From: Callorhinchus milii
Taxonomy: Eukaryota
Reading direction: 5' to 3'
NCBI RefSeq assembly: GCF_018977255.1
Contig: NW_024704742.1
Location: 86,864,001-86,928,000 of the forward strand
Length of the DNA: 64,000 bases
How positions within the stretch are numbered: position 1 is the first letter of the stretch; each line of letters opens with the position of its first letter. This document shows positions 12,770 through 25,334 of this stretch, one piece after another. A program made the translations under genes and the position numbers. The notes under the pieces are model-generated. The model was not told the origin of the DNA and did not search any database. It saw only the letters and a list, made by a program, of their open reading frames with translations.

Positions 12770-13180
12770 AGTTGAGTGTCATTGGCATACATGTGGAAGT
12801 TGACCCCCATGTCTGCGGATGATGTCACCAAGAGGGAGTAATATGGCAGACATGGGGTGATTGACCAGGAGGGGACCAAGGACAGAGCCCTGAGGAACGA
12901 GACAGTATGGGGGCTAGAGGAGAAGCCATTCGTGGAGATGAAATGGAGATGGTGTGAGAGGTAGGATCTGAACCATTCAAGGGCAGAACCATGAAGGTTG
13001 AGGTGAGAGGACAGGTGGTAGAGGATAGAGCAGTCAATGGTATCAAAGGCAGCAGAGAGGTCAAAAAGGATGAGGAGACAGAGGGAGACCTGGTCGCAGA
13101 TGGACAAAATGCCATTTAATAAATAAATAAGAACAATAATAATTGTTATTTTGACTAAAGCTGTTTCTGTGCTGTTTCTG
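12770..13180 (-). mobile_element. L2 reverse-transcriptase fragment
   Basis: STETALVKI...DLSAAFDTID...WFRSYL...FHMYANDTQL. Confidence 0.9.
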
Positions 13181-13446
13181 TGATAAGGCCCTACATCAAA
13201 TGCAAGCATTATTATCATTTATTATGTTGCCCCAACGTTCCATTTTTATCTATTCCTGTTTTTCCCCACTTTTCACCCTCTTTTTCTTCAGCCTTGATTT
13301 GTCCCTATAAATTCAACTTATTCAATCCTCCCCACCTTCTGCCTCCCCCAAAATTTCTAATTGTTTGTCTCCTTAATATGCCACTGTATTAAACACATAT
13401 TTATCATTTATCAAGCACTCTGAGAGGCTAATCCACATTTCGTTTT

Positions 13447-13930
13447 GGTCAGCCAAGCGTCTAACATGCGAAAACCCATCACCACACTCTCTCCCTGGAG
13501 GACGCATCCTGCTTACCTAATTCTGGAAAGTATTAGGCGCAGGTTGGCAAGAGCCAAGGCTTGGGGACCCCAGAGTGTGTTGGGGTAACTGAAGCCTAAC
13601 CAGCTAAAAACACATAGCTTGCCATTGATATTGTTGTCTAGCAAACTTTTCAGCTGCTTGTTCAGCTGGGACCATGCTACCTGTTAGGGCTTTGGCTTTG
13701 CAGGCTTAACAGTGGGAAGAGTTCCTGACCCCAGTCTTCCCTTCCAGCCAAGTTGGCTGTGCTGTCATCAGCAGTGCCCTGGAATATTGCGGACCCGCCT
13801 GGCTCAGGAACCGGTCTACCGAGACTGCCACAGAGGAATGGCTCGATTCCGTCATTCCATTACCAGGCATGTCACCTTGGAGCCAGTTCAGCTGCAAGGA
13901 GACCCTGCTTACCTCTCTCCCTCTGGAGGA
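13447..13930 (+). repeat. Unclassified repeat, copy C
   Basis: Shares GAGCCAAGGCTTGGGGACCCCAGAGTGTG and GTCACCTTGGAGCCAGTTCAGCTGCAAGGAGACCC with the other copies. Confidence 0.85.
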
Positions 13931-15016
13931 CAGTTACTACCTAACATGAAGGGACTTGCAAGTTGTTGTATCATTGATTTGTAAATCTAGGTTGCTTTTT
14001 CAGAAGAGCCAGCTCTTTCACTAACGCCTCAAATATTAGTGGCCACAGATTTGAGTGGTCCAGATGATCATAACCAGCTTTCCAGAAACATTAAACACCG
14101 TTAGGGTAGACAGTTGGATTGTCCAACAACTTTTAAACTTGTTTAGGTTTTGTGAAGTTTTGGAAACACTAAATAACCACCAAAATAAAAATAACGGTAC
14201 TTTTTCCAGCAATAACAACTTGCATTTATATAGTGCCCCTCACACAGGGTAGCAATATAACTTTATCAAATCAACATTGACAATATTGATATAAAAAGGG
14301 CTTTTTCCATGCATGGAAGAAACACTTCTTTGAGCAGGTGTATGGGAATGTTCTGTTGCACATCTTGTAAGACATCAGTACAACATTCCTGAGAATGTAA
14401 CAAAGGTGATTTGATCAGAACAAATTTGTTTTACTGTACCGAAAGTTACAAACAGCATACAAGTGGTCCTGATCTAGTCTAGCATACTCAGCAAACACAA
14501 CCAGAATCCACCAATTGTATGTCCATCAATAGTAAGTCTGCACCCAGTGCTACTTGATAAGTTTTACATTTTCTTGGAAATCTGAACTCCTTTTAGGTGT
14601 GGTACTGCATTACTCTGCTAATAGTGTTGGTTATCTGGGAGCAGCTGTCCCACCCACATTCAGTCTGCTCTATCAACAAAGACATGGTTCATCGATGCTG
14701 ATCCTGCTTATTGCCTGGTTGGTCAATGGAGTGATAAAGCTTGCTCTGAAAATCTCAGGCATGTCGCAGAATACCAGTGAATGCTAATTAAGGTACAATT
14801 TGATAGTGCGTGCCTGCTGGGGCGATGTCCAGACACATCTTAAGGAAAAATTTCAACAGACATTCAGAGTTACTTCTGCTATCAGCAACATCCTCAATCC
14901 ACTCAGAAATTATTATTCAATTAAATATTGACTGTTCACAGTTCTACAAGGAACCTTGCTCCTCCCATGAGAGCCTGACAGTCAACCCGTACAAAAAAAC
15001 CAAGACCACAAAGTTA

Positions 15017-15076
15017 CACTATTTACATCTGTACACCAGCATTGCCCACTATTTACATCTATACACCAGCATTTCC
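15017..15076. repeat. 30-bp tandem duplication
   Basis: CACTATTTACATCT(G/A)TACACCAGCATT(G/T)CC, two copies. Confidence 0.95.
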
Positions 15077-15695
15077 AGAAATAGATAGTGTTTGTGTTCA
15101 AAAATTGAGAGTTTCCCCATCATCCCACCACCAAATCCTTTGACATCTTCACAGCAGAACACGGGAGTGATCTGAAGCCTTGACACAGAATATAAATATT
15201 ATAGTAATCTACCTTTCACCAGTTGTACAATATTACATCTTCACATTACAGTAGACAAATAGGTTGTACTCTGATTAGATTGTCAAATGAAACCATGTAA
15301 TCACTTCTGCATTGACTTCTTTGAAAATAAATCCAACTATCAGTAGACATCCGTCACTAGATCTATCAAATACCATTCTTCTGCTCTTTTCGCACTTCCC
15401 ACATAATGAACAAATTTGCTTCTAAATATAGTTACTGACTGAGCTTCAATGGTATTAAAGGTACAGCATTATGCATCCTAACAAACCTCTAATATTTCTT
15501 CAAATCTCCCCCTTTTTCCTAATAATATTCAATTTATGTTCTTTTATCACTGACTCAGTGATCAGTGGAAAAGTCCACCTTAATCAAACGCTTCACCATT
15601 TAAAATTATTAAATTCCTTAAAGTTAAAAGCTTAAACCTTCATTATAATCCTTTCATTTGAAATGGAACTTTTCACATCGGGAAAATGTGAAAGT

Positions 15696-16010
15696 GGAGT
15701 CCTGTAGCTCAGTGGTTAGAGCACTCGCTTTGCAAGTGAGAGACCTGAGTTCAATTCCAGGCAGGGCAAAACCTTGGGCAAGTTTCCTTACTCCACACGC
15801 CTAATGATAATCCACCCAAAAAACCAAAAACAATAATAAATTGGTAATTTTCAATCTACGACTGTTTGTGGGACATTGCTGTGCGCAATTGGCTGCCGCG
15901 TTCGCCCACAGATATACAGTCAATTCACTTTACAGTATATTCTGTGAAGCGCTTTGGGACGTCCCCCCGATGTGAAAAGCGCTATATCAAATGCAAGGAT
16001 TATTATTATT
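15696..16010 (+). mobile_element. Young tRNA(Ala)-derived SINE
   Basis: GGAGTCCTGTAGCTCAGTGGTTAGAGCACTCGCTTTGCAAG...GGATTATTATTATT. Confidence 0.92.
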
Positions 16011-16211
16011 AATGTCTCAAAGTCACTTCTTGCCAGAGGGACAGTCAAGAACTCACTCCCCAAACATTGACACAAGTCTATGTAAGTCGGTGTTCAATGG
16101 GTTGTGTGTTTTCAGTTTATTCTTGAATATTTTTTGATTTATGCCATAAAACAAAAAATATTCAATCAAGTAAATATATTTTGTTGGCCAACCATAAAGG
16201 TTTTAAAAAAA

Positions 16212-16845
16212 CATAGAACATAAGAACACAAGAATTATGAGCAGGAGTAGGCCATTTGGCCTCTCTAGCCTGCCCCGCCATTCAATAAGATCATGGCTGA
16301 TCTATTCTAACTCCACCTACCCGCCTTATCCCCATATCCCTTAATCTCTTTATCCACAAAAAATCTATCAATCTCAGACTTGAATATGTTCAAGGACTGA
16401 GCATCTACAGCCCTTTGGGGTAGAGACTTCCATAAATACACTACCCTCTGAGTGAAGAAGTTTTTCCTCAACTCAGTGCGAAAGGGCTTACCTCTAATTT
16501 TAAGACGGTGACCCCTGTTTATAGTTTCACAAACCAGGGGAAAAAGTCTCCCACTATCTATTCTGTCGTGTCCCTTAATAATCTTATAGGTTTCTATAAG
16601 ATTACTTCTCATTCTTCTATATTCTAGAGAATTTAGGCCTAAATTGCTCATCCTATCCTCATAACTCATCCCACTCATCCCTGGTACCAACCTAGTGAAT
16701 CTACGTTGTACCCCCTCCAAGGCGAGTACATCCTTTCTTAAATAAGGAGACCAAAACTGCACACAATACTCCAGGTGTGGTCTCACCAGGGCCATATATA
16801 GTTGCAGCAAGACTTCCTTACTCTTATATTCTAACCCTTTTGTAA
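16212..16845 (-). mobile_element. CR1 LINE ORF2 C-terminus plus 3' tail
   Basis: LVRPHLEYCVQFWSPYLRKDVLALEGVQRRFTRL...FFTQRVV open for ~180 codons; CATAGAACATAAGAAC tail. Confidence 0.95.
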
Positions 16846-16909
16846 CAATAAAACAATAAAGGTTGGCCACCACAAGATCAGCCAATTTATTTTAAGATAC
16901 TACAACTAC

Positions 16910-17262
16910 TACTAATAATCCTTGCATTTGATATGGCACCTTATGTTGAGAAGTCTCAAAGCGCTTCACAGAATATATTGTAAATTGGAGTGATTATATA
17001 TTTTTGTGGGAGAAATGCGGCAGCCAATTGCGCACAGCAGTGTCCCGTAAACAGTTGTGGATTGAGTGACCATTTCTTGGGTGGGGGGGTTATTAACCCC
17101 GGAAATCAATTGCTAATCGACAAGCATCTAGGTTTCTACTTATTGCTGGATAAACAAAAGCGAAATAAAAGAATAAGGAAACGTGCCTCAGGTTTCAGCC
17201 CATTTCAAACCTGGGCCCTCTTACTTGCGAGGACGTAGCTAACCACTAAGCTACAGGCCTCC
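16910..17262 (-). mobile_element. Older tRNA-derived SINE
   Basis: Diverged head at ~17200-17262; shared 3' body and (ATT)n tail. Confidence 0.8.
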
Positions 17263-17366
17263 ACATTTTAGGATTTCAACATGGATGCTATAAACGTGAT
17301 TTTTTTTGTAAAAACCTATATATCCGAAGAGATCAAACATTTCAAATAAAATGCCCACAGTTGTAA

Positions 17367-17398
17367 TGCAGTTTCAGAATGACCATTAGATGGCAGCA
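17367..17398 (+). promoter_or_regulatory. Candidate CTCF site (core plus upstream module)
   Basis: TGCAGTTTC-agaa-TGACCATTAGATGGCAGCA; resembles the CCASYAGRKGGCRS core (one mismatch) preceded by a TGCAG upstream motif. Confidence 0.6.
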
Positions 17399-17733
17399 AA
17401 TGCACACAAACACCAAAGAACCTTTCTTTTCCCAGAAGCTATTTAGATGGATTAAAATGCATTAGTGTTACAAATTAATTCCAAAAAGCAATAAAACTAG
17501 GGCAATCTTTGGTTCAATTTATTTTTGTTTATCAACGTAAAACAAATTTGAAGCAGCAAATTAGTGTTATAATAATGCACACAACAAACAGCATGTCCCG
17601 AGTCAAATCTCCAACTCATTTGTCATTCTGAAGATCCATAACGTACAGGAGCAAAATTGGCTTTACTTCAGGCAGTATTAAAATTATTGGTCTGTATAGG
17701 TGAAAAGATGGTGAATGCCTTAGTGATGGTGTG

Positions 17734-18139
17734 TCAGCCTAGCTCAGTTTGTAGCGCTCTCACCTCTGGATCAGGGTTCAAACCCCACATTGAGATGTGG
17801 ACTCACATCGTCTAACAGAACGCTCCAATGCAGTGCTGGGATGTCTTGCACTGTGCTTTGGATGAGATATTAAAACCGAGGTTCTATCTGCCTGTTTAGG
17901 TGGATGTTAAAGATTCCTTGGCATTATTTGAAAAGAGAAGGGAGTTTCTCCGTGTCCTAGCCAACAATCGCTCCCAAATAAAATTAGTCATTCACTCAAT
18001 GGCTGTTTGTTGGGCATTGCTGTGCGCAATTGGGCTGCAGCATTTGCCCACAAATACAGTCACTCCACAATAAATCCTGTGAAACACTGAGATATCCTCC
18101 CAATGTGGAAGGCGATATACCAAATGCAAGGATTATTAT
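17734..18139 (+). mobile_element. DeuSINE (SacSINE1-like)
   Basis: Different tRNA head; Deu-domain-like GTGGATGTTAAAGATTCCTTGGCATTATTTGAAAAGAGAAGGGAGTTTCTCC; L2-type tail. Confidence 0.8.
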
Positions 18140-18243
18140 ATTTTTGAATAAAGTGCATTATCCACTTGATTAAATCATTAAGGAAAAACAAACCTAGTAA
18201 GTTTAAAAAAATACAGTAAATCACTTCCAGAACTAAGTTGAAC

Positions 18244-18249
18244 TTTATT
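18244..18249 (-). terminator. PIP5K1B: Candidate PIP5K1B polyadenylation signal AATAAA
   Basis: AATAAA on the minus strand followed by U/GU-rich sequence; marks the end of the repeat-free stretch downstream of the terminal exon. Confidence 0.55.
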
Positions 18250-19376
18250 GATACAATGCTGGTGCTTTCGTTCCAAGTGCTTTCTTTCCGTTGTTGACAA
18301 AACTTGCCAAAATCATCAGTTTATCCTGGATAGAGTGCATAACTAACCCATGTCCACTGGGTTACTGAGCGTATCTCTCTTGCATGCCTCATCTCTCCAC
18401 AGAATGGTTGCAAGATGACATAATTTAAATACATTTACGTTCAATAATTATGCAACCTTTAAATAATCTGCACAGGATTGCTTAAAGAAAAGGTACAGTC
18501 AATTCCATTTTCTAAGTCATAAAATGATTAAGTCCTATACAATTCTTACATATGCAACATTGACTTAACAGGCCAGTTTTATTTTACATCTCAGAACATT
18601 ATTTTATCATTGTCATTCCAGTACAATACTATAGGTTAAGTGGACATTTAGGTTATAAGAAGCATCTCTGTCTCAAGCAAACTGTTTACAAATTGAAAGA
18701 TATTTACACAGACCTTAAGGCCACCCTAGAAAGAGTTCATTAAAATAGACTTTTGTCAATTTTTAAAATAGACATTGAGATGAAGAACACACATTTCTGT
18801 AAACCTGTTTTTCAACCGACAGGTAAGCAAAAGTAGGTTTTCTATCGGTTAATGTGGGCATGTGCAAATGTTGCAATTGAATATAAGCCGAGTACTGTAC
18901 AAAGTAGACAATTTTATACATAGGCTTGTTGAAAGACTGCTTCTTAGGAAATTTAGCAAAATAGAATGGTTAACATTTAAGCTTTAGGCAATCTATTTTT
19001 GGCATCAGAATAAAGGTACTTCGTTACTGTTAGTCAACACTGAAATGTATGCAGCTACCAAATTATTGTCCTGCATAAATATAAAACTAGTGGAATTTCA
19101 GAACCAATTGAAACGACAAACTCTTCAGTCAGCATTTAAAGTTTCAGGTGGGTTCACTACATGAAAAAAATAAAGCCATCTGTACAGCAAGCAAGCAAGC
19201 AATACAGAATGGTGCTGAAGTGTGAAATGTTTCTTGTGACCTCCCTCCTGTTGAATGTCTGGTGACAAACTTCTGCGGCACATATTAGAATTTATAGAAT
19301 CCTCCCTTTACTAGATGTCCATTTAAATTCTTCATGAGCTCTGGAGTGTACCATGTGCCTCCAGATAAAACAACGT

Positions 19377-19443
19377 TCATGTGCAATCTGGATTATATTC
19401 TTCCTCTTCCACCTTCTCTTCAAATAATTCCTCACAATGATTA
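19377..19443 (-). CDS. PIP5K1B: Probable PIP5K1B terminal exon (either starts with TAA stop or encodes an acidic tail)
   Basis: Strong acceptor ttttgttttttgtttcccctag|TAA. Spliced to the 39501 exon it reads (N)NHCEELFEEKVEEEEYNPDCT*. Followed by ~1.1 kb of repeat-free UTR-like sequence. Confidence 0.62.
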
Positions 19444-21234
19444 CTAGGGGAAACAAAAAACAAAAATTTTCCTTAGAATTTCCAAAACAAGGAAACCTTA
19501 ACCATTATAATGTTGCCCACGCTGTCCACCCTTTTTATCGGACTACACAATATAAAATCATCTGCATAAAACACTACATTTCTTAAAATGTACTTAGAAT
19601 ATTCAAACGTATCATGAGGAATTTTTTTTTAATTGTCTTTTAAACACAAAATGCCAGCCTAAGATGGTCATATTTGGTCCATACATTTAATTTGGAAATT
19701 CTTCAATTAAAATGATTCCAAGAATATTTGCCAGGTTAAATATGTTTCAAAAGGCATAGTGTAGACATTATCATTTGAAGTCTGTTTTCCATAGTTCTTA
19801 AATTTACAGAAAAAAGCTTAAAATTGAGAATTTGGTGAAATCTGAATGGTCAGAAAATGCTACATAAATAAAGTAAATCCAGACTCGAGTTGAATTTATC
19901 TCTCTCTTCCACCCCTATACACTATTAAAAAAAGTAAAATTTTAATGCAGCATAAAATAGAGACCACTCCACTGATAGTAATAATTAAAGTACATCAGCC
20001 CTCTTAGAGTAGTCCAACTCTAAAGACAATCAAAAATGGGGAAAGGTCATTTGGCTGAAACTTTAGTACCAATGCCCTAATAGAGCATCTAACTGTCCAA
20101 TTTTTACATAAAACTGCAATGCCTCATCTTGAAGAATATCGAGTAAAAAGGTTCATGGTTTATATGTATGCTCTCTGGTCCTACTTTGCTGGTTTCATTT
20201 TAATATTAATACCCCCATTTACCACCTGAATGAGATCCCCCTCCAATACAACTGATTGAGGAGGTGACAAAGATCACACACTAAACATTGTCCATAGTAG
20301 TCTTCCATTCCTTGAAGCTTAATGGAAACCAGTTCTGACACTCATCTTCCCTTAATCTCGTATCCACACAGGGACCAGTTCTCTTCATGACATCTTCTAA
20401 AAGTATTTGAGTTTACCCTGAGGTAAAGGTCTCAACCTGAAGCAGAATGTGTGGCATGTTCTTTGATTGCTGGAGTGAATAAAAATAACCAACTGTACTG
20501 TAACTACATAGCCTGTGCAGCACCAAAACAACAACAACAAAATTACATTTGGATAGCGCCTCTCATGTCGGGAGGACGTCCCAAGGCGCTGGGAAGCAGG
20601 CCATATGTGTGTGTCAGCCCATAATGCTGCAATAAGGTTTCCCTGTAGCAGATTGGATAACATCAGAGCAGTGTAAACGAGCAGTATTTCAATGGGAGGT
20701 TTTACTTTCTGTCAGCACTCCCTGTAGACAAATACTCAAAACTCAACAAGGAAATAACCTGACTTGCAGGCTCAGAGAAACAAAACTTTGACCATGAACG
20801 CAATTGCTCAATAAATATATTGCGACAAACCCATTTGTAAGATGAATATGCTCAGCTTAGTGTGTGGCAAATTGATGGGAGGAGTATATTTACATAAGAA
20901 AGCACAAACGTGTAGAAACTGTAACAGCCATAATACATGCACATGTATGACTAATGCAGAAGTAAACAGTGTAAAGTGCAAGATATTAAAGGTAGGTATT
21001 TAGTCTCACATGATTAAGGCAACTTATCACTTGTTTTCATTTACAATTGGGGTCAAGATTACGTTTTCCATTTGTCCCTTAGTGGCACATTACATAGGTG
21101 TACCAATTTTTATTACATTTTCAACTGTCTATTTATGATAGACTAGAGATAAATTTGAACTGCTGCTTTATTTAGTAACATAACCAAGCTTGCGATTGCA
21201 AGGATTGAACTCAATCACCCTTCTACTACTTTCA

Positions 21235-21812
21235 TGTCTAACACATGTGGAAACCCATCACCGTATTTAAGAGTATCCAAACCAAGCTGAGATTTCCATG
21301 CATCCCACCTACACATGGAAATCCTAGAGATAGGTTGTTGTAAAGGAATGTGCGCTCTCTCGCTGGAGGGACGCATCCTGTTTACCTAATTCTGGAAAAT
21401 ATTAAGCGCAGGTTGGCAGGAGCCAAGGCTTGGGGACCCCAGAGTGTGCATCAGGGTACTGCTGGAGTCTAACTAGATAAAATTGCATAGCTTGCCATTG
21501 ATATTGCTGTCTGGCAAGCTTTCCTTTTGCTTGTCCAGCCAGGACCACCCTACCCATTGGGGCTTTGGCTTGCAGGGTTAACAGGAACTGAGAGGGATGA
21601 CTCTGTGCCCCCAGTGACTGGTCTACCCTTCCAGGTCCTGCCAATGAGCTGTCATCAGCAGCGCCCTGGAATACTGCAGACCCTCCTGGCTCAGAAACTG
21701 GATTACCAAGACTGTCACTGGCTCGATTCTGATTTTCTATTGCCAGGCATGTCACCGTGGAGCTAGTTCAGCTCCAAGGAGACCCCAATTACCTTCCCCT
21801 CTCCCCAAGGAG
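21235..21812 (+). repeat. Unclassified repeat, copy D (uninterrupted)
   Basis: Longest contiguous copy; no conserved ORF, tRNA head or L2 tail seen. Confidence 0.85.
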
Positions 21813-24800
21813 GATAGTAGGATAAGAGTGGTAGGATATACAATTGCCTATGTGAAGTCTTTCTAAACTTGACTTAGGCCAGGCATTTGTTGTATATATG
21901 ACAATGAGAGACATTTCAAGTTATTAAGTTGCTCCTATCAGCTAGCTAGACAGTAATTGCTGAGGCCTGAGAGAGCTTGGTATTTACCCTTACCACAACT
22001 CTGTAGTATGTTAGTGCTGCCTGGGAGACTAGAGTTCAAGCACTAGTCTTTAGTTAATGTTTGCATTTTAGTTTCTCTCAAAGGATTCGGTTTGCTTATC
22101 TTGGCTGGGCTGCTTGGAGAGATAAGTCAGTAGAGAGAAGTTCTCTTTCATTACTTAAATGTACCTCCTGGTAGGCTAACACTGGAGCTACTGACAGACC
22201 GATGGTTCTTTCCTTATTAATCGCAAAGAAAACACAGGAAAATCTATGTACATCTTTGTACACACAAAGAGAAAGGAAGTGCTGTTAGTTATTCCATAAT
22301 ACTGCATGAACACATGGGATACAATTTCCTAAATCTCGTACCAAGACCAACTAAGAACAATTTCTCACCTATTCTAATCAATTCACTCCAGGATTCTGTG
22401 TAAATAATACTGAATAATCTTGCACCCTAAAGTTGGAGATAGACAGAGGCTTTGTGCTTTTCAAATGGTAGTTGATGTTACGTGCATGAAGTGCACTACA
22501 ATATATAAATGCAAGTTGTTTCTGAATTTATTGAAGTTATTTCAAATTTATACTTTAAAGACGATGTATAAACTCAAATTATTCTATACTTTTAGATTAT
22601 CGTGAGATAAATTAGATAACATGAAGAAAACATAAGATAGATCAATAATGACTCACTGAATATAGTATTTAGAAGTAGCATCTCTGCTAAAAAAACAATA
22701 AAGTAAAGCCAAAACAAAACTAGACAAGTTTGCAAATTATAAACACCTATATCATCACAATAAGAGGTCATCTAACCTGAATTTTCCATAGTGGACGTGT
22801 TTTTAAAAAAAACGATTGACACTGTTCAATAACTTATGGAGTCCGATTGTGATACATTATAAAAACACCACTGATTTTAATTCAGATGAATATTTTTAAA
22901 AATATGCACCATTTACACCTATAAAGATATATTAAACTCTGCCTACAGGTCTCAACTGATGCCAAAGCAATTCACCAGGTCTTTTCACAGTGGTTTATTT
23001 TCACGTAGCACCTTCTATGGAAATGAGAGTACACTGGAGGCAGAAGAGTTCAGCTGCCAAGCCTTTACATGGGTCACATATTGGTGCACTCGGAGGACCA
23101 AAAAGTTAATTTTGTAAAAATAAAATGTCAAATAGAATTGATCTGCTCTGCCTGTAATATGCTTTAATTAAAATATTTTACAAAGGAAAAACCACACAGG
23201 TTCCATTTTATTTTAGTTACTTTTTAAAAGAGAAGCTGACTATCAAATTATAAATGGCCTGAAAAATGGACTTGAATAACAAAAACATTGACCAGTGTGA
23301 ATTACAATTCTAACACATGACTTTCCTCATTGTTGGGGTGGAACGACCTCATGCATGAATTTACCCATTGTTGGGGTGGAATGACCTTTGGCGTAACAGT
23401 ATTAGTCATCCTAGCATTTATATGAAAGCGAAGCCAACACCACAAATCCAAGATCCCATTACACAATCATTCCATCTTATTAGAACTTACCAAGTGAATG
23501 TCAAATTCAGAATCATCATTTTCTATTTCCAGTGTATTTTGCTCCAAAGTTAGACAAATTGCACTATCTTCCAGAGTCACAGTAGAACTGGTTGGATCCC
23601 CTTCCCTGAAATAATAAGTTTACCAATTAACCACATAATTACAAGGTTAACAGTACAGGTTTGCACATGGGATTTGCATGTTCCATAATTGGAATTAAAT
23701 CAGACAATGAAAGCCTTTTTCTTTTAAACAGGAATTGCTCTTATCTTCTGAAAAAGATCTGGAGAAAGGAGAAAGATGTTTTACATGCTGAAAGTACTTG
23801 AAAATTGTTTTTAAAAAATGAAGAGTAAAAAGGGACAAGGAGAGAATATGGATGTAATAGGGAAAAAATATGATGACCAACGCAGCTAAGGTATTAACAA
23901 TAATATAAATATTATTATTAATAATAATAATTATTAGTGTTAATAATATTACTACTGATGTTATTAATTATATTATTAATATTAATAAGCCTTGCATTTG
24001 ATACTGCACCTTATTCAAACCATTTTGAATTATAGTTTTATTTAATTAAAAATAATTACATTTGTATTGCGCCTTTCACATCGAGAGCATGTCCCAAGGC
24101 GCTGGATTCAAAAACAGTTTTGAATTGTGCTTTAACATTATACAAACTGCATGATGACTCAACACACAGCTAACAAAACAAACATCACTTTATTTGTTCA
24201 TTTCAGAAAGGTTTTGATAATCTCATAAAAAGGGATCGATTATTGTGAAAAAATCTTCCATGCAATAGGTTAAAGTGATGCTTGCAACTGGTCTGCATTA
24301 TTTCATAACAGAATAGGCTGCAGACTCTACATTGGATTCCTCTTCCAGTGTAGTGCACAATGAAACAGGACAGATGATTCTTTGTCCTACTGTACCAGCT
24401 GCCTTTAGAAACAAACAAACAGCCTTGGGAAATTATTTGGTATCAGAATGCCAAAATTAATGTGAACTGCTATACTTACAGATCACAAGGGAGCTGGCAC
24501 AGTAGAAAGCTACCACTGCACACTAGCCATTGGTTAGAGATCCAATAACAAAACCAGAAAACCCCTAAAATGAAACTAACTTTAACCTCAGAGGGACAAA
24601 TTATGCACAAACAAAATTACAAGTCATTATCAAATTATTCTCTTAAAATATTCATGAACAGTCTGAAGAAAAGCATTTTATAGCAATTGCAGTATAATGA
24701 CAAGCAAACAGGCCAAATATTTTGAAGGGGGAAATAAAAAAATTGCAATTATCATATTCTCCAATTGACTACTACCAACCTACATATGATTTCCCAGGTT

Positions 24801-25334
24801 CGAAAAAATATAAAGGATAAAATAGATGTTCCATTAGAATGCAGTTTGTTATTTTTTTAAACAAAAAGCCTATCTCTATACAAATATCTAACCTCAAGAA
24901 GCAAATAATTTAAACATAAATGACAATGCTAGGACATTCGCAAGTTTTAGCAATAGAGTATTAGATATACTGCAACACACAACTCCAAATGTTATACAAA
25001 CTGCATGATGACAACTCACAGCTAACAAAACAAATATCACTTTATTCGCTCATTTCAGGAAGGTTTTGCTACATGCATGTATGTTGGACACAAACAAGAA
25101 ATTGGAAAACAGCCTCAGAGGGGAGACATTAAGTTGACAACACGAGAAGAACAGCTAGAGAAAAGCAACATGTACCCTAAATTTTAACCATAGGTTAGCA
25201 TTTATCATGATAATCAAAATCCTTGCATTTGATATAACGCCTTATCACATCATTGAGACGTCTCAAAGAGGATATACAGGACTGTAAAGTGGATTGACTA
25301 TTTTGTGGGCAAAACCGACAGCCTGTTTGTGCAC

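Noticed and set aside
15696..15768. tRNA-Ala(TGC)-like genes (also at 11550-11624, 39002, 48629, 59698, 63284)
   Set aside because: Acceptor and T stems are imperfect and each runs straight into a SINE body and L2-type tail; these are SINE heads.
23895..23990. AT-only low-complexity stretch
   Set aside because: Degenerate (ATT/AAT)n expansion attached to a SINE tail.
24147..24216. C/D snoRNA suggested by ATGATGA in the duplicated 78-mer
   Set aside because: No terminal CTGA D box on that strand, and it is antisense to the host gene.
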